Positions 13,939-26,784 are shown, counted from the first letter of the whole stretch. The stretch: DNA of 63,432 bases, filler included, from Reclinomonas americana ATCC 50394 (GCA_048213135.1; 5 parts of 3 records of this genome joined end to end with filler, not necessarily neighbours in it); one strand, 5' to 3'. Notes: generated from the letters alone by a model not told the origin. Made by a program: numbers and translations.

Positions 13939-16900
13939 ATGGTCGCGCGTGGGAGGAGCGCGATGATGGGTGGTTGACTGGCGATTGTTGCGTCTGTGTG
14001 TCACTGCGCTGCCACTGTGTGTTGCTCACGTGTGTGTGTGTGTGTGTTCAACAGTGCCGGAGGATGTTACGTGCTGGCGCTGTGTGGTCAGTGTGTTCGG
14101 ACTCAGGATTGATTGCTGTTTGTTGGTGTGAGCAGACGTGGCGCCACATCTTCTCGTTCTTGGATGTGACTGACTATCGACGCAACTGCTTTGTGTGCTC
14201 GAAGGTGTGGCTGGCTGTCTCTGTCTCTCTCTTTCCACCCGGCTCCTCTCTCATGTAATGATGCAGTGGTGTCGACTCTATCGGGAAAATGTTGGTGGTG
14301 CCGTGTTGCCGCTGGAGACGCGACAGGCGCGAGACTTTTTGCAGAGGTTCCCCGGACTTTGTCAGATCATTGGTGAGACGCACGTGTGGTTTGTTTATTG
14401 TTTGCGTTGTTGTCTCACTGTGGCTGGCAGTCGGTGAGGGCACATCGACTGCCACACTGGCGGTGCTGATTGAGTACTTGAATGCGCCCAAGTGTGTGGT
14501 GGAGAGCCTCGTACTCCCGTCGAATGGTGATGTGCCTTTTGCTTTTTCCCTTCTGCTTCTCTCTTTCTGTCTCTCCGGTGCTGACATACCGGAAAAAGTG
14601 CTGGAGCGAGTCGACATGCTGCGAGTGGTCATTGGCGGCAACGGCAGTGCGCCGAATCTGTGCCGATTGCAGCTGAGTGGACCCAGTTGCGTCTTCGCCT
14701 TGCTTTCCGAGAGTGTGTGTGTTTGTGCGTGAGTGCGCTGACATGAGTGCGTCTCTGAAGTGGCACCGAGCGACATGGTGCGTTTTCCGCGCGACAGGAT
14801 CCGAAGTCTGCGCGGTCTGTCTCTCTCTTTTCTCGCTGTGATTTCTCGGTGCTCACTCTCTCTCTCTCTTTCTCCCTGGCAGTGGTCAGCGGCCCGCCGG
14901 CGCCGTACTTTCTCGAGGCGCCCGCATTTTACGAGCAGCTGTCGCTGGTGGATGCGCACCCCGCGAGTGTGCGAATGCTAAAGGATCACCTGCAGCTCCG
15001 GTCGCTGGAGCTGGTGATTGGTGCGTTTCATCGCGTCAGAATCTCCTCTCTCTCTCTCTTGCCCACTGTCTCTCACCGAATTGAATCGCTCAGGTCGAGG
15101 ACCGGCTGCGCAGGTCATGCTGCTGTCGGAGCTGCGCGAACTGATCGCCACCGACGCCTTTCCGAATCTCGAGATCTTGCTGGGTGAGTGTGCGATCAAC
15201 AAATGCACAATCACCACTTGCCGTCGTCTCTCTCTCCGACAAGAACGTCTGTTGCAGTGCGCGCAAATAGTGCATACGGCTACTCCGCTTCGGAAGACGT
15301 TTCGTTGGACGCCGCACTGGTGGCATTCAGTCAGGTGCTGCCACGGCTTCGGCGCCTCAAGGTTCGCCGCGATGTGCGACACGCTGCTGCTCTTTTTTCC
15401 TTTCTGCGACGCTCAATCGTGCCACAGGTCTTGCAATTGGACGGCGTACTCAGCCTGCCCGTGGTGCAAATGGGTATGGAGAATGGCCTCAGCCGTGGAC
15501 TGGCGGCACTCGGCGCGGCGATCGCGACCGGCAACACCATTCACTCCTTGTCGCTGATGGTGAGTTGCTACAACGGTGTGTGATGGGAATCGACTGTTAA
15601 AAATGAACCTGACTGTCCACCTCGTGCATACAGTGCAACGGACTCACCACACTGGCGTCCTTCTTTGAGGGCATGCACGGACCCCACTGCCCGCTTCGTG
15701 AGCTTGCCCTCTCGCAGGTGCCGTCTGTGAGATAAGAAACGAGAGATGGATCATCGCGTGCTCATCTTGTTGTTGTTGTGCTTTACAGAACACACTGGGT
15801 GACGCGGCTGTCGAGCACCTCGCGAAATATTCCGAGTCGCACATTGGTGGCATCAGGCGTATCGGTCTTGGTTGGAATCGTCTGACCAACGCTTCCGTAC
15901 CGCATCTGGCCACGCTCTTGCGACAAGAGTGGTTGGAGACGTTGGATCTGGAGCGTGCGTACGAGGCTGGGTGGCGCCTGCCTTCTCCTTCCTTGTGTTG
16001 CTAACCTGCGGCGTGCATGCGCAGGAAATCTGTTGCAAGATATCTCTCCACTGGCCGAGGCCATGGCAGTGGCACCACTCGAGTCCTACCTCTGCCGCCT
16101 GGAGTTGGGAGGTAATCTAGTTGGTGGCGACGACGCCGTGCGTCTGGTGGAGGCCGCTCGTCAACGCCCAGCCCTCGGCTATCTAGGTACGTGTTTGTCG
16201 ATCTTCGACACGGCGACAAGACGGCCTTGCCTCACGTGTGTGTGTGGCAGGACTCACTGGCAACTGCATTCCGTTTGACATTGTGCAGCAGCTGGTGGCC
16301 GGTGGTCGGCCAGTAGAGTGTGGCAGTTGAGTCGTTTGGGAGGAGAAGGTGTTCTCTTTTGTGGTTGTTGACATCGGTCCGTGCAGGTCAGCGAGTCTAC
16401 GTCGACTGGGGTGCCATTCGACGTGAAATCGAGCCTCCAGCGCCGCCGACCAAGGTGTTTACATTGTCGGCCACCACAGAGTGGAAGCCGCCGACGGATC
16501 GTGTCGACTGCCCGCCTCCGCCGGATAACTCGGTGTTTCTGAAAAACATTGCAGCTCCCGTGGACTCTGCGGTGTCAGGTGTGTTTCAGTTCAGCATCAA
16601 GACCCTTTCTTTTGCTCTCTCACTCTGTCGATCACCAGGTGGCAAGCCGTCTCTGTCGCCACCATCTGCCATGAGACCACCGCTGCAAATGGCGACAAGC
16701 GCAGGTGGCGCACCGCCACTTGGCCAGCCGCGTTTGCCCCTGACTACGCCTCTGCCGCTGACATTTCCACGCACGACGCCTCTGCACAATTCGATGGCAC
16801 ACACGACACTGACCAATTTGTCGGACATGGTGCAGCAAGGTGCGCCGCCATGCTCAGTCTGCCCACTCGCTCCCGTCTCCCACGCGCCTGTTGTTTGTTG

Positions 16901-17505
16901 TTATACGCAGCTGCCGCTCGGCGACCGTACATGCAGACAGCAGCTGCACCACCGTCATCAGCCGCAGAATCGAAGTCGCCCGTGGACGCGATTCAGACGT
17001 TGGTTTCGGAGCTGCGACTGACCGAGAGTGGGACTGTTCCTGCTTCTGGTTTCTCGGCTCGGACTGCCACCGAAGAATTCGAAAGTGCCGTGGCCTACCG
17101 TGCGCGAAGGATGAATGGCGACAAGGAAAAGTCGGCGGCGGCGGCGGCGACGGCGGCGGCGTCCAGCACCACACAAATTCGCCAGCCACTGCTTGGTGTG
17201 TGCCGTGTCATTGTGAGTTGCGGTGTGTTCACATTGTCCACTTACCTGCAGCACTTGCAGCTCTTCCGATGACGCGCCGATTCGAGAAGTTGCCTCCGGT
17301 GCCCACCAGAGAGCTCTTCTATGGAGGCATGCCAAGAGAAGAGGCGGCGGAGCCGATTCACCCAATCAGATTGTATCCGGCGGATGAGGGTGAACCCCAT
17401 TTTCATGTTACTCGCTACAACGGAGACGAGGAGATTGAACCTCGCTCTCGCACTTACGACGACGACGGCGACGGCGACGGCGACAGCGAGGACTCGGACG
17501 AATAA
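13939..17505 (+). CDS. F-box / leucine-rich-repeat (RNI-like) protein with Pro-rich and acidic C-terminus
   Basis: Spliced N-terminus MVARGRSAMMVPEDTWRHIFSFLDVTDYRRNCFVCSKW is an F-box (uses 11-nt exon 14055-14065). Later exons carry LRR motifs such as LCRLELGGNLVGGDDAVRL and IRRIGLGWNRLT. Stop at 17503-17505. Confidence 0.75.
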
Positions 17506-17550
17506 TAAACTGAGTCCTAATTACATCTCTCTGTACATTCTGTCGAATTC

Positions 17551-19916
17551 TCACAAATCGGCGGGTGGAGTGGACGCCACGACAGCACCCTGCTGTCGCG
17601 TGAGAGCGGCCTCGAGTTCCCGAATGCGCGCCAAGTAGGCGCTCTCTCGCTCGGCAAACACACGGGCCTGGTGGTGGCGGGGTGAGGGGAGGAGGGGGAA
17701 ATGGGGAAGGGGAAAGGGGAAAGGGGAAGGGGAAGGGAAGGGGAAGGGAAGGGAAGGGAGGGAGGGAGGGAGGGAGGGAAGGAGGAGGGAAGGAGGGAGG
17801 AGAGGAGAGGAGAGGAGGAGAGGAGGAGGAGGAGGAGGAGTGAGAGAGGAGAGGAGAGAGGAGGCGAGAGGAGACGAGAAGTGGAACGACGGAGAGAGAG
17901 ANNNNNNNNNNNNNNNNNNNNCCTACTCCCTCGTTGGTCGTCCGTTCGGCGAGTCTCAGGAGAGAGAGAGAGAGAGAGAGAGGAGAGGACAAAGCGAACA
18001 ACTCCCCACACCAGACAAGTGACAAACCTCGGGCGACAACTGCGCCAGCCTCTCCTTCTCGGCCGCCTGAGCCTCATCCTCCTCGTCCTCCGGCACTACG
18101 GCCTCCGGGTGCAGCACCTCTGTCGCACGAATATGAGGTCACACACACATACACACTGCGATCTTGCGTTGCCGCAACTGTAGATGTAGTTTCGCACGCG
18201 CGGCTTCTTGGCCACAACCAACAGCTCCGCACCGTACCGATCCCGGCACCGCGGATCGGCGCCAGCAGCAATCATCAGCTTGACGCACTGCATCACAATC
18301 GATGAGTATCCAACGGAAACAAAAAAACAGAGAATAATCGCGAAAGTCACACACCTCCAAGTGACCCGCCTGCACTGCATCAAAGATGGGCGACTGCGAC
18401 AACACCTCTTCTTCGGTTTCTACGTTGGTGGGAATCACGGGGGCCGCCAGACTCGCGCCCGCCTCCAGCAAGCAGCGAATGGTGTCGGCGTGACCGTGGA
18501 AGGCGGCCTCGTGCGTCGGTGTGCGACCGTACTTGTCGACCGCGTTGGCCTCCTTGGACGCGTCGGTGCAGCGCGCCAGGTAGTACGTGCAATAGTCCGT
18601 GTGTCCGCGACTGCGATTTTTGGGGAGAGTGCGTGAGTGACACGAATGAGCGCACCCCGCAAAAGGAGTAGAGCGAGGAGAACCTGGCGGCCTTGTGCAG
18701 TGGCGTTCGACCATAATCGTCGGGCTCGGTGAACGCCATGTCGGGAATGGCGCCGAGAACGCGTTCGGCAATCACCACGTGCCCGCCCTCCGCCACCGCG
18801 TGCATAATGTTCTGCGAGATAGGCAAAGGGATGTGAGGGACGTCACAAGGAACAGGGAGGGGGACGACAGACGGAGAAGGAGTGGGCGACAAGTGAAAGG
18901 GGGCGGAAGAGAGAGCTACAGACGGCTGGAAGTGCAAGAATCGGAGCTCCACCTTTTGCGTCGGCGACGGCAGACCAATCTTCGCACCACGCTCCACCAG
19001 CCGATCAAACAACGCCAAGTTCTGCACGCACACAAGCCGTCAGGATACGACGACAGCACACCACCGTCTCCCACCAATCAACACAACTGCATTGCGCGCC
19101 GCGTAGTGCAGCGGTCGCAATCCAAAGTCATCGCGCAAGTTCGGCTTGGCGCCCGCCTCCAACAAGCGCATGGCGATCTCCGTCAGGTTCTGATGCGCCG
19201 CCTCGACGAGTGCCGTGCGTCCCTCCGCCGGGAAGTGTGTGTTGATTGAAGCGCGCTGGTGAGGCAGTGGGTGAGGAGACGGAGAGATGAGAAGGAGAGA
19301 GAGAGAGAAGAGGAGAAGAGAAGAACTGAGAAGGAGACAGAAGGAGAGGAGCAGAAGAGAGAAGGGAAAGAAGTGGGAAGAGAGTGGGAGAGAAGGGAAG
19401 AAGGGGGAAGAGAAGTTACGAGAAGAGAAGAGAGGTGGAGAGAGAGAAGAAGAAAGGAAGAGAGAGAGAAGGGAAGAAGATAGAAGAGAGAGAAGAAGAA
19501 CAGAGGAGAAGAGAGAAGAAGAACAGAGGAGAAGAGAGAAGAAGAACAGATGAGAAGAGAGGGGAAGGGAAGACACGAGCCAACGCGGAAACGAAGAGAA
19601 GAAAAAGGAGAGATTGAAGAAGAGAAGGAGTGAAAAGGAGTGAGAAGTAAGGAAGAGAGAGAAAAAGGAGTGAGAAAGAGAAACAGAATAGAGAAGAGAG
19701 TGAGAGGAGAGAGAAGAGAGAAGAGTGTAGAAGAGAGGCAAGCAGTGAGATAGGAAGAGTGCGAGCTGAGAACATCGCCATTACCTTCTTCACATCCGCA
19801 AGGAAACGCTCCACAGCACCCAAATCACCACTCGCCACCGCATCAAACAAATCCGGATCCTCTGCGACAACAAAAAAAGAAAATCGTCGGAAAAAATAGC
19901 AATCAGTGCACACACA

Positions 19917-19968
<52 letters not shown>

Positions 19969-20245
19969 AAGTGTGTGTGTACGTATGAGAAAGAGACTAC
20001 GTGTGCATCTGTACATTTTCTCTTGTCTTCCTCACACAGCCTTCTCCCCATCTCCCCCTCCCCTCCCTCTCTCCCTCCCATCACTCACCCAAATCCGCCT
20101 GCGTGACACCCTCCGGAAGAGGCGCACTTGCACCCGCCGCCGGCTCCGCAGACACAAACACACCCTTCACCGCCGAATACGCAGCACTCGCGGCCGCACT
20201 GATCGTCGAGCCCACAGTCGACAACAAGCCACTATTGGAGGCCAT
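17551..20245 (-). CDS. Ankyrin-repeat protein
   Basis: ATG at 20245. Exons encode ankyrin repeats GRTALVEAAHQ, GLRPLHYAARN, GRTPLHKAAR, GRTPTHEAAFHGH and SPIFDAVQAGHLE. Last exon ends ...VVASTPPADL* (across a small N gap). Confidence 0.85.
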
Positions 20246-20269
20246 TCAAAGAGAGAAAGAGTGTGTGGG

Positions 20270-20596
20270 AGGACAGTGCTCGAGCGCATTGTCCTTTGTC
20301 CACGTGATCTTTCTCCCGCCGTCTTGCTTTGCGTGTGTGCTTGGGCGTGTCGTTCATACGCAGCGTATTGCATCCATGCCGACGCGACGGTACGTGCCGT
20401 TTTGCTGCAATGTTGATCGCGGACAGTCCTGCTGTCCTTTGTCCACGTGATCTTTCTCCGTCTTGCTTGCGTGTGTGCGTGAGCGTGTCGTTCATATGCA
20501 GCGCGTTGCATCCGTGCCGACGCGACAGTGTGTGCCGCTTTGCTGCAATGTTGATCGTGGACAGTTCTGCTCGAGCGCACCTGTCCTTTGTCCACG
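20270..20596. repeat. About 145-bp direct tandem duplication (~2.2 copies) filling the divergent ankyrin/IF1 intergenic region
   Basis: GGACAG..GTCCTTTGTCCACG recurs at about 20270, 20421 and 20559. The first two copies share the whole unit, including CACGTG. Confidence 0.85.
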
Positions 20597-20620
20597 GTGT
20601 TTTTCGCTTTGTGTTTGAGC

Positions 20621-21235
20621 ATGTCATCTCAGGTGCGGCGTGTTGTGTCCTTGGCGACGAGCCAGCGTGTGCCGTTTGCCGCCATGCGCGCGTTTGGCAC
20701 GCAGGTTTGTGTGTGTTTGTGTATGCGCGCGTGCATGACGTGCCATCTCACGCACGCGCACAACACGCGCAGCCGGCTGCTGGTCACCAGACGGGCAAGT
20801 TTGCGGAGAAGGAGCGTGCGGTGGAGAACCAAGTTGCGAGTGGGTATCTTCTGCACGCACAATTGTGCGCGCTCTGATTCGCTCTCTCTTTTGTGTCTCT
20901 CGCAGTACTTCAAGGAGCTGGAGGAGGCGCTGGTGAAGCGGCTGTCGGAGCATCCCGAGTTTGTTGCGTGACTCTTCAGTGTGTTGCACCAAGAGAGAGA
21001 GAGAGATTGATTTCCTCTGTGTGTGCAGATCAAGAAGACGGCGGCGGCGGGTGCTGAGAAGGCGCCGGCTGCGGCTCCTCAGGGAACCATCAGCAAGTCT
21101 GAGTTCGAGGGTGTGTGTGTGTGTGTCACTTCTCTTACTTGCTGTCTCTTTCTATGCTCACTTGTGCTTGCAGCGTACAAGAAGGAGATGGAGCGCAAGC
21201 TGAAGCAGCTCGAGTCGCAAATCAAGGAGGACTAA
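20621..21235 (+). CDS. ATP5IF1: Mitochondrial ATP synthase inhibitory factor IF1, 5 exons
   Basis: Presequence-like MSSQVRRVVSLATSQRVPFAAMRAF, then GKFAEKERAVENQYFKELEE (IF1 F..RE.A.E..YF motif) and a C-terminal coiled coil. Confidence 0.82.
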
Positions 21236-21382
21236 GTGTGTGGGCTGGTGTATGTGTGAGCTCTGTCTTGTCGCTGTGTCGCCGTTTGATGCGGCGTGGA
21301 AGAGTGAGAGAGAGAATGTAAGAGATTGACAGAGTTGCACGTCTTTTTATTGCCGCCTGTGTGGGATGGGAGTGGTGGTGAC

Positions 21383-21761
21383 TTACGTTTGTGCGCTGCG
21401 GAGCTTGTCGTTGAGCATGGCTAGTGACACGAGGCGCGAGGTGGTGGGTGGTGCGGTGGAGCGCAGTGGCGTGCCGAACGTGGCGGAGGTGTGTGACAGC
21501 ACGGTTCTGGTGGCGGAGGTGGAGGTGAAGGCGGTTGGTGTGCGGAGAATCACCACCAGCAGCGCTGTGTGTGTGTGTGAGGCACGGGAAGCGGAGAACA
21601 GGAGTGAGACTGGGAGACGCACCAACGCCAATGGCCACAGCCAGCAGTGCCGACGCAAGCGTGGTGAGGGGCGGTAGCTGGAGAGCGGTAGTGCGGCGAT
21701 GGTGAGCGACGGCACGCACACGTGACAGCAGCGAGTCGGGTCTGTGGGCAGACTTGAGCAT
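21383..21761 (-). CDS. Small (~90 aa) single-pass membrane protein, hypothetical
   Basis: Two GTGCGT..AG introns join MLKSAHRPDSLLSR / LPPLTTLASALLAVAIGV / ALLVVILRTPT...LRSAQT* in frame. One hydrophobic segment; no homologue recognised. Confidence 0.5.
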
Positions 21762-22251
21762 GTGTGGCGGTCTTCTCTCTCTCTCTCTCAAGTCTTGCTG
21801 CAAATCGAAATCTGACGACTGTGCCGGGAATCGATCGCGACTGGCGGATGCACCGGGACGCCACTGGCGAAGGAAGCTCCTGTCTGGCAATTGTCTGTGG
21901 AAGGCGGAAAACAAACAAACAGAACTTTTCAGCACAATGCAAGAATGCGACCAACGTCCACCAATCCCTTGCCGACAATGACCTTGGCACGCCAACAATA
22001 TAAAAAAAACATACTTACTCTTCTCCAACAGTCATCCTCCCTTGCAGGCAATGCAATCAAACGCGTGTTGGCCTCGACAGGGATTTCGAATTCGTCCCAC
22101 TTGCCAGCTGCTCGTGGCGTTTTTTTTCGGAACTGAAGCAACCCGTTGCCAACAATGCAACTTGTGCAACCTCCGCCGCGCGTCTTGTGCACGGAAAAAG
22201 GAGAGCCCCGAAGTCTTCCGTCTCAAGTCCCGGCGCGCTTGGACAAATCGC

Positions 22252-24791
22252 ATGTTGACTTTCGCCGCGTTATCGCGAGGGCTCGTCTGCTCTCGTCGTC
22301 TATTCTCCACCACAACAGCAGCAACAGCAGCAAAACTCAAGAAAAAAGCAGATCCAATGCCACCAAAGGGAAAGAAGGGCGCAGCGGAGGAGCCCAAGGC
22401 GGTCCTCGGCCGTCTTTCGCACTCTCTCAGTGCTGGTGTTGCGTCTTTCTCTTTCCCTCTGTGCCTCTCTCTTGCTCTTGGTGTGGCTGCTCACACACGT
22501 CTCTGTTGCACAGATTGTCGGCATGCCCAATGCAGGTTTGTGTGTGCGTGACACATGCCACATGTGCACACACGCACACAACTCCCCTGTGTGTCTCTCT
22601 CTCTGTGCTCTCTCGCTCATGTTACTCTCGCCTTGCGCGCGTTGTGTACGCACGGCAATCGCACGACGTACAACGCTTTCTCCTTTGCTTCTCTCTTTCT
22701 GCTTGTGTGTGACATGGGCATGCCTGCAAAGAGACAACTCACTTTCTCTTTCCCTTTGTGCAGGCAAGTCGACTTTCTTCAACATTCTGACGGGAAGCTC
22801 GGTGAGTGTGTCGCTCCTCAGCCACTCTGTGTTCTCAGTCACTCACTCTCGTGCGCAGGTGCCTGCCGAGTTGAGTGCTCACCCACTTCTCTCTTGTGTG
22901 CATCCTCTGCCAGTCACGCATCACTCACCTTCTCTTGTCTGGCGATATCATGAAGGGCGTACGCATTCTGCACAGTTGCGTTTCACTCTCTACATCTGCA
23001 CACGTACACACAACCAGGAGCCGCACACTTTTGATGATGAGAAACTTTAAAGCATGTTGGAAGCTTACGAGCTTGTGACGAATCAATACTTAATCCTTTC
23101 TGACATACTCTGTGCACTCTGCCTCCTCGTGCTCCACTTCTTGTGTAGTTTGGCGATGTGGCGTTCATCTGATTCTATGTGTTTATGCGGGTCGCAGATT
23201 GATCCGAGCAATGCTCGTGTCGCGGTGCCGGATGAGCGCTTTGACTGGCTGGTGGATCACCACAAGCCGGCGAGCGTGGTGCCTGCCTACTTGAACGTAT
23301 GGGTGCGTGCGTGTGTGTGGGATTTCTTGCAAGAGGGAAGCCATTCCTGCCGTGTGCTGATTTGCATGTGGGCACAGGATATTGCTGGTCTTGTCAAGGG
23401 CGNNNNNNNNNNNNNNNNNNNNNNNNNNNNNNNNNNNNNNNNNNNNNNNNNNNNNNNNNNNNNNNNNNNNNNNNNNNNNNNNNNNNNNNNNNNNNNNNNN
23501 NNNNNNNNNNNNNNNNNNNNNNNNNNNNNNNNNNNNNNNNNNNNNNNNNNNNNNNNNNNNNNNNNNNNNNNNNNNNNNNNNNNNNNNNNNNNNNNNNNNN
23601 NNNNNNNNNNNNNNNNNNNNNNNNNNNNNNNNNNNNNNNNNNNNNNNNNNNNNNNNNNNNNNNNNNNNNNNNNNNNNNNNNNNNNNNNNNNNNNNNNNNN
23701 NNNNNNNNNNNNNNNNNNNNNNNNNNNNNNNNNNNNNNNNNNNNNNNNNNNNNNNNNNNNNNNNNNNNNNNNNNNNCGTCGTCTGGCGCCGGTCTCGGCA
23801 ATGCCTTCCTGTCGCACATTCGTGCCACCGATGGCATTATTCACCTTGTCCGTTGCGTTTCCACTTCTCCCTCTCTCTCTCTCTCTCTCTCACGCACACA
23901 CACACTTTCCCTCTTTCCCTCTTACCCGCCCTCCCTCCCTCCCTCCCTCTCTCTCTCCCCTCCCTCTTTCCCTCTTTCCCACCCTCCTCCCCCCGCTCAT
24001 CTCTGAACTATCCACAGGCGGCTTCGACGACGTCGATGTACCACACGAGGAGGTGGACGTGAATCCGGTGCGCGACTTGGAAATCATTCGCGACGAGTTG
24101 CTGGCCAAGGTTCATTGTCTGAGCATCGCTGCGCTTTCCGTGGCCTTTGCGACTGACGAAAGAGTGTGTGCAGGACAAGGAGACAATGGAGGCAAGGTAC
24201 GCGGTGCTGGAGCGTGAGCACGCGCGTGGACTGCTGAAGGACAGGAAGGCCGAATGGGTTGCGTTTCTCCCGCCATGCGAATCCCCCTTCTGCATTGCAC
24301 GACCACTCAAATCACCTTTTGCTTCACCCAACAACAGGAATCGATTTGCCACATTCGCGAGTGGCTGAACGAGACCGGAAAGGAGATCCGACTGGGCGAC
24401 TGGAACCGCGACGAGATTGACGTGTTGAACCAGCTGCAGCTGCTGACCGCCAAGCCCGCCGTGTACCTCATCAATCTGTCGGAGAACGACTACCTGCGCA
24501 AGAAGAACAAGTGGTTGAAGCCGGTGGCCGAGTGGGTGCAGGGACACAGTGGCGAGCCGCTCATTCCCTTTAGCGCGGTGTTTGAGAAGAAGGTTTGCCA
24601 ACAATCATCACTCTGCACGTGAGACAGTTGTCTTTGTGAGGCTCATTTTTTTCGTTTGCCGTCGCAGATTATGGACATGCCGGCTGACGAGCGCGCCGTG
24701 TACCTGCGCGAGAACAACACCGCGTCGATGTTGCCGCGCATCATCAAGGCCGTGTACCAGAGCCTCCAGCTGCAGTCGTACTTTACTGCTG
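22252..24791 (+). CDS. OLA1: Obg-like ATPase 1 (YchF family), all but the last exon; conventional start 22357, in-frame upstream start 22252
   Basis: MPPKGKK...[15 protein letters not shown] (G1), FCTIDP (G2), DIAGLVKG (G3), [18 protein letters not shown] (ATP-type G4), SYFTA. Confidence 0.96.
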
Positions 24792-25758
24792 GTGAGAAGC
24801 ACAATGGGTCATTTGTTTGGAGTTCTNNNNNNNNNNNNNNNNNNNNNNNNNNNNNNNNNNNNNNNNNNNNNNNNNNNNNNNNNNNNNNNNNNNNNNNNNN
24901 NNNNNNNNNNNNNNNNNNNNNNNNNNNNNNNNNNNNNNNNNNNNNNNNNNNNNNNNNNNNNNNNNNNNNNNNNNNNNNNNNNNNNNNNNNNNNNNNNNNN
25001 NNNNNNNNNNNNNNNNNNNNNNNNNNNNNNNNNNNNNNNNNNNNNNNNNNNNNNNNNNNNNNNNNNNNNNNNNNNNNNNNNNNNNNNNNNNNNNNNNNNN
25101 NNNNNNNNNNNNNNNNNNNNNNNNNNNNNNNNNNNNNNNNNNNNNNNNNNNNNNNNNNNNNNNNNNNNNNNNNNNNNNNNNNNNNNNNNNNNNNNNNNNN
25201 NNNNNNNNNNNNNNNNNNNNNNNNNNNNNNNNNNNNNNNNNNNNNNNNNNNNNNNNNNNNNNNNNNNNNNNNNNNNNNNNNNNNNNNNNNNNNNNNNNNN
25301 NNNNNNNNNNNNNNNNNNNNNNNNNNNNNNNNNNNNNNNNNNNNNNNNNNNNNNNNNNNNNNNNNNNNNNNNNNNNNNNNNNNNNNNNNNNNNNNNNNNN
25401 NNNNNNNNNNNNNNNNNNNNNNNNNNNNNNNNNNNNNNNNNNNNNNNNNNNNNNNNNNNNNNNNNNNNNNNNNNNNNNNNNNNNNNNNNNNNNNNNNNNN
25501 NNNNNNNNNNNNNNNNNNNNNNNNNNNNNNNNNNNNNNNNNNNNNNNNNNNNNNNNNNNNNNNNNNNNNNNNNNNNNNNNNNNNNNNNNNNNNNNNNNNN
25601 NNNNNNNNNNNNNNNNNNNNNNNNNNNNNNNNNNNNNNNNNNNNNNNNNNNNNNNNNNNNNNNNNNNNNNNNNNNNNNNNNNNNNNNNNNNNNNNNNNNN
25701 NNNNNNNNNNNNNNNNNNNNNNNNNNNNNNNNNNNNNNNNNNNCTCACTCACTCACCA

Positions 25759-26034
25759 GTCGACATTCTCGTGCCCCGCCTCAAACAAGTGTGTGAACCT
25801 GCTGAGCAGAGGCGGGATAGCAAGCAGTGTCTGCGAGTCCTCTGCCACGCTGCCGGGTGCGCCGGAGGATGGCACTCCACGCAATGTGCGCACCAGTGCA
25901 CTGGAGCTCTCATACGAACTCAAAAGTGCACACAAGTAGGAGCCAAAGGGCACTCGCGCAGCTGACGACGACGAGGAGGAGGAGGCCACAGAGGCGGGAG
26001 AGTCGCTGCGACCTGTGGTGTCAGCTGTCGACAT
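25759..26034 (-). CDS. First exon of a hypothetical gene, truncated by a gap
   Basis: ATG at 26034 opens MSTADTTGRSDSPAS...EAGHENVD, ending at a GTGAGT donor; lies about 115 bp downstream of the OLA1 stop on the same contig. Confidence 0.45.
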
Positions 26035-26148
26035 TGTGTGTGTGTGTGTTCAAGTGCGACAGTTTCCATCACAACGCGGGAAAGTGACGTCATCACACAA
26101 TTGTCATCACCGCTTATAGTTCACTCATTCTCTTTCACCCCATCCTCG

Positions 26149-26408
26149 TTACTTCTTCTTGCCCTTGTCGGAGGAGACGTTGAATCTGAACAGAATAATG
26201 TCGCCGTCCTGCACCACGTACAGCTTGCCTTGCTGCTTGACCTTGCCTTGTGCCTTGGCGTTGGCCTCGTTGCCGGCCTCCTTGAAGTCGTCAAACGCGC
26301 ACACCTCAGCGCAGATGAATCCGCGCTCAAAATCGCCGTGAATGCGGCCAGCAGCGCCCGGGGCCTTGGTGCCCGCGCGAATGGTCCATGCCTTCACCTC
26401 GTCGGAGC
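26149..26408 (-). CDS. OLA1: OLA1 terminal exon (TGS domain) on an apparently inverted contig
   Basis: [36 protein letters not shown]...[15 protein letters not shown]. Acceptor phase (1) matches the + strand donor at 24792. Confidence 0.95.
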
Positions 26409-26483
26409 CTGCATCAGGGGGGAAAATAGTGAGTGGAGGNNNNNNNNNNNNNNNNNNNNNNNNNNNNNNNNNNNNNNNNNNNN

Positions 26484-26495
26484 TTAATTAATTAA
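26484..26495. other. Artificial contig-join linker TTAATTAATTAA flanked by Ns (also 54436-54447, 56195-56206, 61271-61282)
   Basis: Identical 12-mer with stops in all six frames, centred in symmetric N runs, four times. Confidence 0.97.
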
Positions 26496-26784
26496 NNNNN
26501 NNNNNNNNNNNNNNNNNNNNNNNNNNNNNNNNNNNNNNNAAAAAAAACCGACCCCATGCTGCTCATCAGTGATGCAGAGGCGGTGATGGTGATGCGCCTG
26601 TTCTTCGACAGTGGCGCAGTTCATGTGTGTGGTGGCCTGCGGTGTCAAGAGCCCAATGAGCAACTGTTCGTGAAAAGAAAACATGCATGAGCGACTCGAA
26701 CGCACCTTGTGCTTGTGGTTGATGTTGCCCGCGGTCCATTGCCAGTGATAGATAGTGTCTCAGGGCTAAACTCGTGATGGCAAA

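Noticed and set aside
22011..22020. ATACTTAC resembling the U1 snRNA 5' end
   Set aside because: It is not followed by CTG, the U1-70K loop, the U1A loop (ATTGCAC) or an Sm site.
23403..25743. Long ORFs spanning runs of N (also 32600-33316, 37849-38655, 52285-52784)
   Set aside because: Artefacts of translating unknown bases.
24792..26408. OLA1 last exon on the opposite strand (trans-splicing or programmed inversion)
   Set aside because: The exon sits on a ~700-bp contig bounded by an N gap and an artificial linker. Flipping it gives an ordinary phase-matched cis intron, so scaffold mis-orientation is far more likely.
26484..26495. Recurrent palindromic TTAATTAATTAA as a biological site
   Set aside because: Always embedded in symmetric N runs; it is an assembly linker with stops in all six frames.
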